Positions 45,064 to 53,224 of a stretch of DNA of 64,000 bases are shown in pieces. Every line of letters begins with the position of its first letter. Position 1 is the stretch's first letter. The notes under the pieces are model-generated. The model had not been told where the DNA came from and ran no database searches. It was given only the letters and a program-made list of their open reading frames with translations. The position numbers were made by a program, and so were the translations under genes. The DNA comes from Clostridia bacterium. GTDB taxonomy: Bacteria; Bacillota; Clostridia; Oscillospirales; Acutalibacteraceae. The DNA is taken from assembly GCA_017936645.1 (NCBI GenBank), contig JAGBFD010000070.1, positions 4,714 to 68,713 of the forward strand. The letters run 5' to 3'.

Positions 45064-46257
45064 TCAATCTGTTGTGTAGTTGTCAAAATAGCCCTGGATA
45101 AATACGATCGGTGTGCCCTTATCACCTGAACCTGATGTAAGGTCACAGAGCGAACCGATAAGGTCAGTAAGTCTTCTCGGTGTTGTACCCTCTGAAGCCA
45201 TCTTACCTACAAGGTTGTCATCCTTTTCCTGAATCTTACCCTTGATTGCTTCCTTGAGTTCATCACCTGAAAGGTCAGCAAATTCATTGTCTGCAAGATA
45301 CTTGAGCTTAAGCTCATTGGGTGTACCTTCAAGACCGCTTGTGTATGCAGGAGAAACTACGGGGTCAGCAAGCTCCCAAATCTTACCTACAGGATCCTTG
45401 AAAGCACCGTCACCATAGACCATAACTTCAATCTTCTTACCTGTAGCTTCAAAGAGTTTCTTCTGAATTGCATCAACTACGGGCTGACAGTCGCGCGGGA
45501 AGAGCTTAACCTTGTCTTCAGTTGCTTTGTTTGAGCCTAAGAGACCGTAATCAGCATTGTAGCCGCTTCCGTTTACCGGTGCATTAAGAATTTCATCAAG
45601 TCCGTAAACTATCTCTGCACCTGTAGCCTTGAGGATTCTCTTAGTACGTGCTCTTGTATGGATATCACAGTTGATAACATTTTTTGTATAGTCAAGGATT
45701 GCTTTTGCGTTGTTTGCGAAGATTATCTCACAATCAGCACCGCACTCACGGACAAGACTTTCATAATATTCAACATAGTCAACGCCTGTAAATGTATGCT
45801 TTTCATAACCAAAGAGTTCACGGTACTTTGCAGTTGAAAGTACATCCTTGTACGGGTCAACACCCTTCTCGTCGACAGCATCCATAGAAATAAGGTGGTT
45901 ACCAACCTCATCAGAAGGATAAGAAAGCATAATTACAACTTTCTTTGCGCCCTTTGCAATACCGCGAAGGCAGATCGCAAAACGGTTACGGCTGAGGATC
46001 GGGAAAATAACACCGACTGTTTCGCCGCCGAACTTAGCCTTTACGTCAGCTGCTATATCATCAACAGTTGCGTAGTTACCCTGCGCTCTTGCGACAATAG
46101 CCTCTGTCATTGCAACGATGTCTCGGTCATTAAACTTAAAACCGTCATCTTCTGCTGCTTCAAGGACAGAGCTTGTAACGATCTCAACGATATCGTCGCC
46201 TTCTTTGATGATCGGGGCTCTGACACCACGTGAAACTGTACCTATCATACGACTCAT
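45064..46257 (-). CDS. F420-0:gamma-glutamyl ligase (CofE)-family protein, long form; substrate unknown
   Basis: AAAGGAG lies 9 nt before ATG 46257, and the track start 46353 lies upstream of the predicted promoter. GVRAPIIKEGDD..., YGDGAFKD and CDLTSGSGDKGTPIVFIQG resemble CofE family blocks. Confidence 0.6.
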   Translation of the reverse strand: MSRMIGTVSRGVRAPIIKEGDDIVEIVTSSVLEAAEDDGFKFNDRDIVAMTEAIVARAQGNYATVDDIAADVKAKFGGETVGVIFPILSRNRFAICLRGIAKGAKKVVIMLSYPSDEVGNHLISMDAVDEKGVDPYKDVLSTAKYRELFGYEKHTFTGVDYVEYYESLVRECGADCEIIFANNAKAILDYTKNVINCDIHTRARTKRILKATGAEIVYGLDEILNAPVNGSGYNADYGLLGSNKATEDKVKLFPRDCQPVVDAIQKKLFEATGKKIEVMVYGDGAFKDPVGKIWELADPVVSPAYTSGLEGTPNELKLKYLADNEFADLSGDELKEAIKGKIQEKDDNLVGKMASEGTTPRRLTDLIGSLCDLTSGSGDKGTPIVFIQGYFDNYTTD

Positions 46258-46312
46258 TATGAACAACTCCTTTGTACACGCAAAAGCATATACACAAATT
46301 TTACGACTATAA

Positions 46313-46341
46313 ATTATATCACCATAAAACCTGATTTTCAA
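46313..46341 (-). promoter_or_regulatory. promoter of the CofE-like gene
   Basis: On the minus strand: TTGAAA (46341-46336), 17 nt, TATAAT (46318-46313). Confidence 0.55.
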
Positions 46342-46378
46342 TATTTTTTTCAAAATTTTTCAAAAAAAAATATCAGGC

Positions 46379-46561
46379 TTAATTTTTAAAAAGGTAATTA
46401 AACATCTTCCCCGGATTCTCCAGAAAACGTCTGGTAACCGGTTTAGTCAGTTTTAATCTGTTATTTTTAAGAAATTTAACAACCGGCAAATCATAAATGT
46501 AATTTTCTTTCGGAATTTCGCTGTCAATAAAAAGCTCTTTAACATAAAGATCCGTAATCAT
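46379..46561 (-). pseudogene. 60-codon ORF resembling the decayed 5' end of a P-loop (COG3910/AAA-type) ATPase gene
   Basis: GAGGTG RBS present. ...YIYDLPVVKFLKNNRLKLTKPVTRRFLENPGKMF... parallels the N-terminus of the small 'predicted ATPase' family (...YPF.IP.IK.L..L.F..PVTFFVGENGSGKSTLLE). The Walker A is degenerate and the ORF stops right after it. No coding sequence follows. Confidence 0.3.
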
Positions 46562-46693
46562 ATCATCACCTCACAAGACAAGTTTACCACATAACAGTGA
46601 GAAAACAATAACGATTATCCTGCCCGAACAGCTCAAGTCCCTTATAAAGGACAAACGACAGATAACTGACGTACCTGCCGCTTGTTTGCTGTA

Positions 46694-49090
46694 TTATTTT
46701 TTGATTTTCTTAGCTTTCTTTTCAGCCAGACGACGTTCCTTGTCTGCCTGCTTTTCTGCTGCTTCCTTCTTCTGGGCTTCAAGTGCAGCTGCATCCTCAG
46801 CCTCGATACGAGCCTTAGCTTCATCATAAAGAGAAGCAAGCTCCTCGTAATGAGTGTAATTTTCCTTCTGTTTGAGCATCTTTTCTGCATCAAGATACGG
46901 CTTTGCCGCACGTGCAAAAGCAGCATGAACTTCCATTTCTGACTTTGATTTTTTCTGCCACTCAGCCTTCTTTGCCTTTTCAGCTTTGATAAGAGGCTTG
47001 ATTCGTGCAACTTCAGCCTTATTCTTTGCCTTTTTAGCCTCATCCTGCTTCTGATAAAGCTCACGGATCTTTTCGTCGCAAGCATCCTCAGCATCGTAGT
47101 AACTTTCAAGGACTGCATAGTCAGGCTGAACAAAGTCTGAAAGTGACTTGTAATTTGCATCTATAGCTGTACGAGAAATGAGCTTGTGTCTTGCAACCTC
47201 GATTGCAAAGCTGCGGAGCTCTTTTTCGTGGTCGTTAGTCTTGGGCATCTTCTTTGCATTTGAGAGCTCTGTTTTAAGTGCATTTCTGTCTGCATTGAAA
47301 AGTCCGGCAAGACCTGCTTTGTAAATAGGCTCGTTGATTTCAAGCTTGATCTTATATTCCTCACTTGCGAACTTGTCGATTTCAGCACGGACAAGCTTAG
47401 CAATTTCGATCTCTTCATTGTACTTACGAGCTTCTTTATAAGCTTTTTTGTCTGCTCTCTTATCTTTCTTTGATACCGGAACCTTCTCCTTATTTTCAAG
47501 AGCTTCTGCATCACGGATATAGTCGATTGCCTCAACAAGAGTACGGTCATTCGTTACTCCGTTACCAAAGTCCTCGAACATGGCACGGATTTTAAGGATA
47601 CGGATGATACTCTTATGCTGAACTTCTTTAATGTCATAGAAGAGATACGGCACCATATTAAGGAATGCACCGGCAGCAGCCATAAGGATAAGTGCACCGA
47701 TAACCTTTTTTAGAAGACCCGGTTCACCTGTTGTGACATCAAGGATGTCATACGGTGATTCATAGCCGTTGCCTTCCTTGATACCATAGCTTTCGTATAC
47801 GAACGGAAGAACTGAGGATGTTACAAGTGTTACTACGTTACCTATCGTCTGAACTGTTGCAAACATTCCGTCAATACGCTCACCTGTTCTGTACTGATGA
47901 TAGTCACGGATATCTGCCTGAATTGCCGGAGTTGTAATCTGTTCAAAAGCACCGAAAAGATAGTTGATGTAAACGCAGACTGCAAGCCACCAGATGCTTG
48001 TTCTGTTAATTCCCATTGCAAGGATACAGATAACGTTCATCGTATTGACACCGACAAGAACCTTCTTCTTGCCGAGTGCTCTGATGCAGAACGGAGCGAG
48101 AATCATACCCCACATCGAAGCATTACCGATTACAGTAAAGAGCAATCCGTACACTTTACCGCTACATGCGTGACCGTAGTTATAAGTCCATGACAAAATG
48201 TTGCCGTATGATGACTCAAGGAAGCCAAGCCAACCTGCAAGTGCGATAATCCAGAAGTACTTGTTCTTAGCAACTGAACGGAAAGCATCTCTGAAATTAA
48301 CCTGTACAACTCGCGTTTTTGCCTGAACGATTTTTTCTTTGGTATGTGCATAAACAATTGCAGTCAGAACAACACCGAGGACCGCAAAGATAGGATAGCA
48401 GACACGGTAAACCTTGATGTCATACATATCGTTATCCGTAAGGAAATCAGCAACTGCAGGAACAACTGCATTTGCAATTGACGGAGCGAGTGAATAGACA
48501 ACACTCTTGATAGCAAGAACGTCCGTTCTCTCCTGAGTATTCGGAGAAAGAACGTGAATAAGATTTGTATAGGAGTCCTGGAAGAAGTTAAAGAAAAACT
48601 GGAGCAACAAGTTGAAGATTAGAACAACCGCCAGTTTTGCTATATAACCGCCTTCAAATCCGAGTATATGCATTGGGAAAAGGCTGTAAAGCAAGTTGTA
48701 CGGGAAATATACATATCCTAAAACAACGAGCACTGTCGGAATACCCATTGAAATCAGATATGGTCTGTACTTACCTGCTTTATTTCTCGTGTTGTCAATC
48801 ATATTGGCTCTGACAGCAGTCAAAGGAATATTGGCAAGTGTAGAGATAATATAAAGGATATACATATGTGTAGGAGATACACCGATTGCACCACCGACAA
48901 TCATATTGTTGGTATTAACAATGAGATGACTTCCCATGTAAATGATGAAATATGCACCTATACCACCACCGGCATAAGCCGCAATTTCCTTGAAGGTCAT
49001 GTAGCGACCCGGCATAGGAATCTTCCAGTACACTTTAAGGTCTGAAAGCAATCCGCCTGCCTTCTGAACTAAACCCTTCTTTCCAGACAA
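46694..49090 (-). CDS. GPH-family (MelB-like) glycoside/cation symporter with a roughly 310-aa charged C-terminal extension
   Basis: TTG start with AAAGGGG RBS. About 12 TM segments lie within aa 1-485, with a GPH-like N-terminus (MTFKEIAAYAGGGIG...). Residues 486-798 are K/E/A-rich and predicted helical. Confidence 0.75.
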   Translation of the reverse strand: MSGKKGLVQKAGGLLSDLKVYWKIPMPGRYMTFKEIAAYAGGGIGAYFIIYMGSHLIVNTNNMIVGGAIGVSPTHMYILYIISTLANIPLTAVRANMIDNTRNKAGKYRPYLISMGIPTVLVVLGYVYFPYNLLYSLFPMHILGFEGGYIAKLAVVLIFNLLLQFFFNFFQDSYTNLIHVLSPNTQERTDVLAIKSVVYSLAPSIANAVVPAVADFLTDNDMYDIKVYRVCYPIFAVLGVVLTAIVYAHTKEKIVQAKTRVVQVNFRDAFRSVAKNKYFWIIALAGWLGFLESSYGNILSWTYNYGHACSGKVYGLLFTVIGNASMWGMILAPFCIRALGKKKVLVGVNTMNVICILAMGINRTSIWWLAVCVYINYLFGAFEQITTPAIQADIRDYHQYRTGERIDGMFATVQTIGNVVTLVTSSVLPFVYESYGIKEGNGYESPYDILDVTTGEPGLLKKVIGALILMAAAGAFLNMVPYLFYDIKEVQHKSIIRILKIRAMFEDFGNGVTNDRTLVEAIDYIRDAEALENKEKVPVSKKDKRADKKAYKEARKYNEEIEIAKLVRAEIDKFASEEYKIKLEINEPIYKAGLAGLFNADRNALKTELSNAKKMPKTNDHEKELRSFAIEVARHKLISRTAIDANYKSLSDFVQPDYAVLESYYDAEDACDEKIRELYQKQDEAKKAKNKAEVARIKPLIKAEKAKKAEWQKKSKSEMEVHAAFARAAKPYLDAEKMLKQKENYTHYEELASLYDEAKARIEAEDAAALEAQKKEAAEKQADKERRLAEKKAKKIKK

Positions 49091-49295
49091 AACTTCAACC
49101 CCTTTTTGTTATTTGATGTGCATCGATATCCGCATACACATCGCTCTTTTATATACTGATATATTATAACATAACACGTATTTTTTAGCTACAGTTAAAT
49201 GGTAAAAGAGAAAAATTTGTATAATATAACGATTGACGGTTGAAAATTTAGTGTATTTTGACAAACCTTTTTTCTCTTATTCAATTCAAAGTCTA

Positions 49296-49324
49296 TTGAC
49301 TGATCAATGTCTTTTTTGTATTAT
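49296..49324 (+). promoter_or_regulatory. promoter of the GH3 gene
   Basis: TTGACT (49296-49301), 17 nt, TATTAT (49319-49324). Confidence 0.5.
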
Positions 49325-49353
49325 AGAATTAAATAACAGTAAGGGGTGTTTTA

Positions 49354-51966
49354 ATGGATCGTAAGTTCAAAAAATTATTATCGGTTATCCTTGCAATAGT
49401 TATAGCCACATCAATCTTTCCGCACGCTTTTGCGATGAGTGGTGATATCGACCCTGCTATCATCGCTGAAACTTCGCAGACAGCCATTCAGATTGAGTCT
49501 GAGGGTATCGTACTTCTCAAAAACGAAGAGAATGTTCTCCCGCTTGAAGGGAAAAAACTCAACGTTTTCGGTGCGGGTTCAGTCTGTCCTTTTATCGGTG
49601 GTTCAGGCTCAGGCAGCGTTATTTCAGAAGATCCTGTTACCTTCTATGATGCTCTTGACGATGCGGGTATCGAATACAACACCGAGCTTCGTGCACTTTA
49701 CGAAAAGTATTGCGACACATCCGCTACCCCGAAGACTGACAACACTGTTATCAACAATCTTCTTGCTCTCATGTTTGCAAAAAGCTCACTTGACGAGCTT
49801 GATCCCCGTAAACTTACCGATGAACTTATGAGTTCAGCAAAGTCTTACTCAGATACGGCAGTTATCGTCATCAGCAGAACAAGTGCTGAGGGTACTGACC
49901 TGACTGAAGAAGTGCTTCAGCTCAAAGAAGAAGAAATAGAACTTCTCGAAAAAGCTGATACGACTTTTGAAAATATCATCATTCTTTTCAACACAGCAAA
50001 CATTATGGAAATGGGTTGGCTTGATGAGTACGAGCACATCAAAGCAGCAGCTTTGATATGGATTCCCGGTGAATTCGGTATGACTGCCGTCGCTCGTGTG
50101 CTCAACGGTGAGGTTAACCCTTCGGGAAAGCTTGCAGACACCGTTGCTTACAAGATAAGCGATCATCCGTCAAACGTATGCTTCGGCGATAATAAGTATG
50201 ACGGATCACTCTCAGATTACTACGTTGAATATCTTGAGGGTATTTACGTAGGTTACCGTTATTTTGAAACTTTTGCAAAAGACAAGGTTCAGTATCCGTT
50301 CGGCTACGGTCTTTCATACACTACTTTTGAAAAAGAACTCGTCAACTATGATACTGACAACGGAGTAATAGAAGTTGATGTCAGAATCACAAATACGGGC
50401 AGCAGAATCGGTAAGGAAACTGCACAGATTTATTACAGTGCACCGTATACCGACGGCGGTATTGAAAAAAGTGCCATCTGCCTTGGCGGATACGCTAAGA
50501 CTGATATCCTTGCTCCCGGTGAAAGTCAGACTCTCACAGTAGCTTTCGAGGCTGACGATATGGCTTCATACGATCACAAGAACAATCAGGCCTGGGTACT
50601 TGAAAAAGGAACATACGAAATCATTCTCGGAGACAATGTCAGAGAGCATATCGACAGCTTTGACTATGTAGTCGATGAAGATAAAGTGATCAAGTACGAT
50701 GACGTAACAGGTACAGAAATCACAAACCGTTTTAGTGATGTATACAACGATTTTCCTGTCCTTTCCAGAGCGGAAGGTACTGAGAATTTCCCCGTTTTCA
50801 GAGAACTTGAAGCTGACGATGATGTCAAGAACGTCGATAAGCTGCCTGAACCTCAGACAGAGGGTGACGCTCCTAAAATGGGCGTTGAGTACGATGAAGT
50901 CATCACTCTTCAGGATGTATACGAGGACGAAACCCTCTGGGATGCTTTCCTTGACCAGCTCACTCTTGATGAGATGACATATATGGTAATCGATGGTGGC
51001 TACAACACAAGAGGCGTTGAGCGTCTCGGCATACCTGCTACGTGGGATAATGACGGACCGTCAAGCATCAAGGGACAGAACGGTCTCGTTTACGATGACA
51101 GCGGTACTGCATATCCCTGTGCTACTGCCCTCGCCTGCACGTGGAATGTCGAACTTGCTGAAGAATTCGGTAAAGGTGTAGGCAAAGAAGCAAAGGATAT
51201 GGGTACTGACGTGTGGTACGCTCCGGGTGCAAACATTCACCGTAACCCGCGAGGCGGCAGAAACTTCGAGTATTACTCTGAAGATCCCCTTCTTTCAGGT
51301 AAAATGGCTGCAGCGGTTATCCGCGGTTGCAGTTCGCAGAACCTCGTTGTTACAATCAAACATTTCGTTATGAACGATCAGGAATCACATCGTGAAGGTG
51401 TATTCACATGGGCTGACGAGCAGACAATGAGAGAAATATATCTCAAAGCTTTTGAGATACCTGTAAAAGAATCAGACTGTAAGGGTGTTATGTCAGCATT
51501 CAACCGTCTCGGTCTTAACTGGTGCGGTGCAAGCTCGGCTCTTCTCAATGATGTTCTCCGCGGAGAATGGGGATTTGAAGGTTTTGTAGTTTCTGACTAC
51601 TCATGGAACTTTACAGGTTCAGGTTATATGAGTCCCGTTTTAGCAGTATACAACGGTAACGACACGATACTGACAGGCATCTGGGCAGTCAATGTAATCT
51701 CACACGTAGCAGCAGTCAAATCCGCTTATCACAGAGATCCTGTAGGGTTCGGCAACGCATTACGTCAGGCCTGCAAAAACCTGTGCATTATGAAGATGAG
51801 TACAAAAGCATTCCTTGAACCCTATGAATATGACGGTTCGCTCGGAAGTTTCCTTGAAAGCCCTGACGAATGGGAATTTGAAAAGCCGTATATCTGGTCA
51901 GGTATCAGATACCTGCTCAACAACGTCGCAAATGTAATCATTTTCCTTGTAGGTAAAATACTTTAA
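49354..51966 (+). CDS. family 3 glycoside hydrolase (beta-glucosidase/xylosidase type) with permuted domain order and a signal peptide
   Basis: Signal-like MDRKFKKLLSVILAIVIATSIFPHAFA. The GH3 C-domain blocks IVLLKNEENVLPL and PFGYGLSYTTFE and an Fn3-like block (VDVRITNTGSRIGKETAQIYY) come first. The catalytic-domain blocks KHFVMNDQE (51358-51384) and GFVVSDY (Asp at 51595-51597) come last. Confidence 0.85.
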   Translation: MDRKFKKLLSVILAIVIATSIFPHAFAMSGDIDPAIIAETSQTAIQIESEGIVLLKNEENVLPLEGKKLNVFGAGSVCPFIGGSGSGSVISEDPVTFYDALDDAGIEYNTELRALYEKYCDTSATPKTDNTVINNLLALMFAKSSLDELDPRKLTDELMSSAKSYSDTAVIVISRTSAEGTDLTEEVLQLKEEEIELLEKADTTFENIIILFNTANIMEMGWLDEYEHIKAAALIWIPGEFGMTAVARVLNGEVNPSGKLADTVAYKISDHPSNVCFGDNKYDGSLSDYYVEYLEGIYVGYRYFETFAKDKVQYPFGYGLSYTTFEKELVNYDTDNGVIEVDVRITNTGSRIGKETAQIYYSAPYTDGGIEKSAICLGGYAKTDILAPGESQTLTVAFEADDMASYDHKNNQAWVLEKGTYEIILGDNVREHIDSFDYVVDEDKVIKYDDVTGTEITNRFSDVYNDFPVLSRAEGTENFPVFRELEADDDVKNVDKLPEPQTEGDAPKMGVEYDEVITLQDVYEDETLWDAFLDQLTLDEMTYMVIDGGYNTRGVERLGIPATWDNDGPSSIKGQNGLVYDDSGTAYPCATALACTWNVELAEEFGKGVGKEAKDMGTDVWYAPGANIHRNPRGGRNFEYYSEDPLLSGKMAAAVIRGCSSQNLVVTIKHFVMNDQESHREGVFTWADEQTMREIYLKAFEIPVKESDCKGVMSAFNRLGLNWCGASSALLNDVLRGEWGFEGFVVSDYSWNFTGSGYMSPVLAVYNGNDTILTGIWAVNVISHVAAVKSAYHRDPVGFGNALRQACKNLCIMKMSTKAFLEPYEYDGSLGSFLESPDEWEFEKPYIWSGIRYLLNNVANVIIFLVGKIL

Positions 51967-51973
51967 TAGTTCG

Positions 51974-52012
51974 ACAGCATCGATTCCTTACGGTTTCGAT
52001 GCTGTTTTAATT
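51974..52012 (+). terminator. terminator of the GH3 gene
   Basis: ACAGCATCGA...TCGATGCTGT stem followed by TTTAATT. Confidence 0.7.
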
Positions 52013-52069
52013 GAAAAATTTGTCAGATTGTGATACTATAGTGTAAACTATTCTTTAAGGGGTATTCAG

Positions 52070-53176
52070 GTGAAGACTGTTATTTCTTTCATAAAAAAAG
52101 AAGCTGTACTTTTTATCTCGCTTCTTTGTGCGGCAGCTACGATGTTTTTGGTTCCGCCCGATGCTCAGTATATCGGCTACATAGATATGCACGTTCTTTC
52201 GTTACTTTTATGCCTCATGGCGGTCGTCGCAGGTTTTCAGAGCTGCGGGATTTTCAGATGGCTTACATATGTGATACTGAAGCATTGCAAAAGAGGTAAG
52301 GTGCTTGGTCTGATACTTGTTCTCCTGCCCTTTTTCAGCTCAATGCTCGTGACAAACGATGTGGCGTTACTCGTTTTTGTACCGTTTACCGTAGGTCTGC
52401 TCACTGAAATGAAATGCACAAAAGCTGTCATTCCAATCCTTGTTCTTCAGACAGTCGGTGCTAATCTCGGCAGTATGGCAACCCCCGTAGGCAATCCGCA
52501 GAATCTGTTTTTATACTCTGAGTATAATCTCTCGATAGCTGAGTTTTTCTGCACCATGCTCCCTCTCACGGCTATAAGTCTTCTCACTCTGAGTATCGCT
52601 TCCCTGCCCGTCCTACCAAAAAAACTTACTGACATCAGACTTGATGCAGAAAAAATCAAAAATCCCATTAAGCTGACAGTTTACGCTGTTCTTTTTATAG
52701 TCTGCCTTCTGACGGTATTTCACGTAATTCATTTCGGAATTATGTTAGGAATAATAGTTATATCTATAGCGATAACAGATCGAAGAATTTTAGCAAAGCC
52801 CGATTATGCACTTTTAGCTACTTTCGTATGCTTCTTCATCGTATCAGGCAACCTCGGCAGAATCGACGCTGTGAATATATTTTTAAAGAATCTGCTTGAA
52901 AAAAGCACTTTACTCACAGCTGCGGGAGCAAGTCAGATTATAAGTAACGTACCTGCCGCGGTATTGCTTTCAGGATTTACGGATAATTGGAAAGAGCTGA
53001 TTGAAGGAGTCAACATCGGCGGTCTCGGTACTCCGATAGCTTCCCTTGCAAGTCTTATAACGCTGAAGCTGTACCTTCGTTTGGAAAACGCAAAGCCCGG
53101 AAAATTCATTCTTGTTTTCCTTGCTGTAAATGCTGTAGGACTTGCAATATTATTGACAATGACACTGATATTTTAA
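52070..53176 (+). CDS. ArsB/NhaD-superfamily (CitMHS/SLC13-like) anion permease
   Basis: GTG start. 368 aa, all hydrophobic. VTNDVALLVFVPF and GSMATPVGNPQNLFLYS are typical of this permease superfamily. Confidence 0.6.
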   Translation: MKTVISFIKKEAVLFISLLCAAATMFLVPPDAQYIGYIDMHVLSLLLCLMAVVAGFQSCGIFRWLTYVILKHCKRGKVLGLILVLLPFFSSMLVTNDVALLVFVPFTVGLLTEMKCTKAVIPILVLQTVGANLGSMATPVGNPQNLFLYSEYNLSIAEFFCTMLPLTAISLLTLSIASLPVLPKKLTDIRLDAEKIKNPIKLTVYAVLFIVCLLTVFHVIHFGIMLGIIVISIAITDRRILAKPDYALLATFVCFFIVSGNLGRIDAVNIFLKNLLEKSTLLTAAGASQIISNVPAAVLLSGFTDNWKELIEGVNIGGLGTPIASLASLITLKLYLRLENAKPGKFILVFLAVNAVGLAILLTMTLIF

Positions 53177-53180
53177 AAAT

Positions 53181-53218
53181 ACCCTTTGAACAAGCTTCTT
53201 GAGCACAGTTCAAAGGGT
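53181..53218. terminator. bidirectional terminator between convergent genes
   Basis: ACCCTTTGAAC...GTTCAAAGGGT (11-bp arms), A-run before and T-rich after. Confidence 0.7.
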
Positions 53219-53224
53219 GTTAAT

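Noticed and set aside
46642-47550. Two long alternative-frame minus-strand ORFs (172 aa and 129 aa) inside the transporter tail
   Set aside because: They are same-strand, out-of-frame products of the purine-rich K/E/A-coding region. The Arg/Lys/Ser-rich translations are a frame artefact, and the main frame is continuous with the transporter.
49100-49180. Imperfect palindrome GATGTGTATGCGGATATCGATGCACATC in the 5' UTR of the long-tailed symporter gene
   Set aside because: The stem is only about 9 bp including a wobble pair. There is no recognisable riboswitch or operator consensus and no adjacent regulator gene. It is noted as possibly regulatory but too weak to claim.
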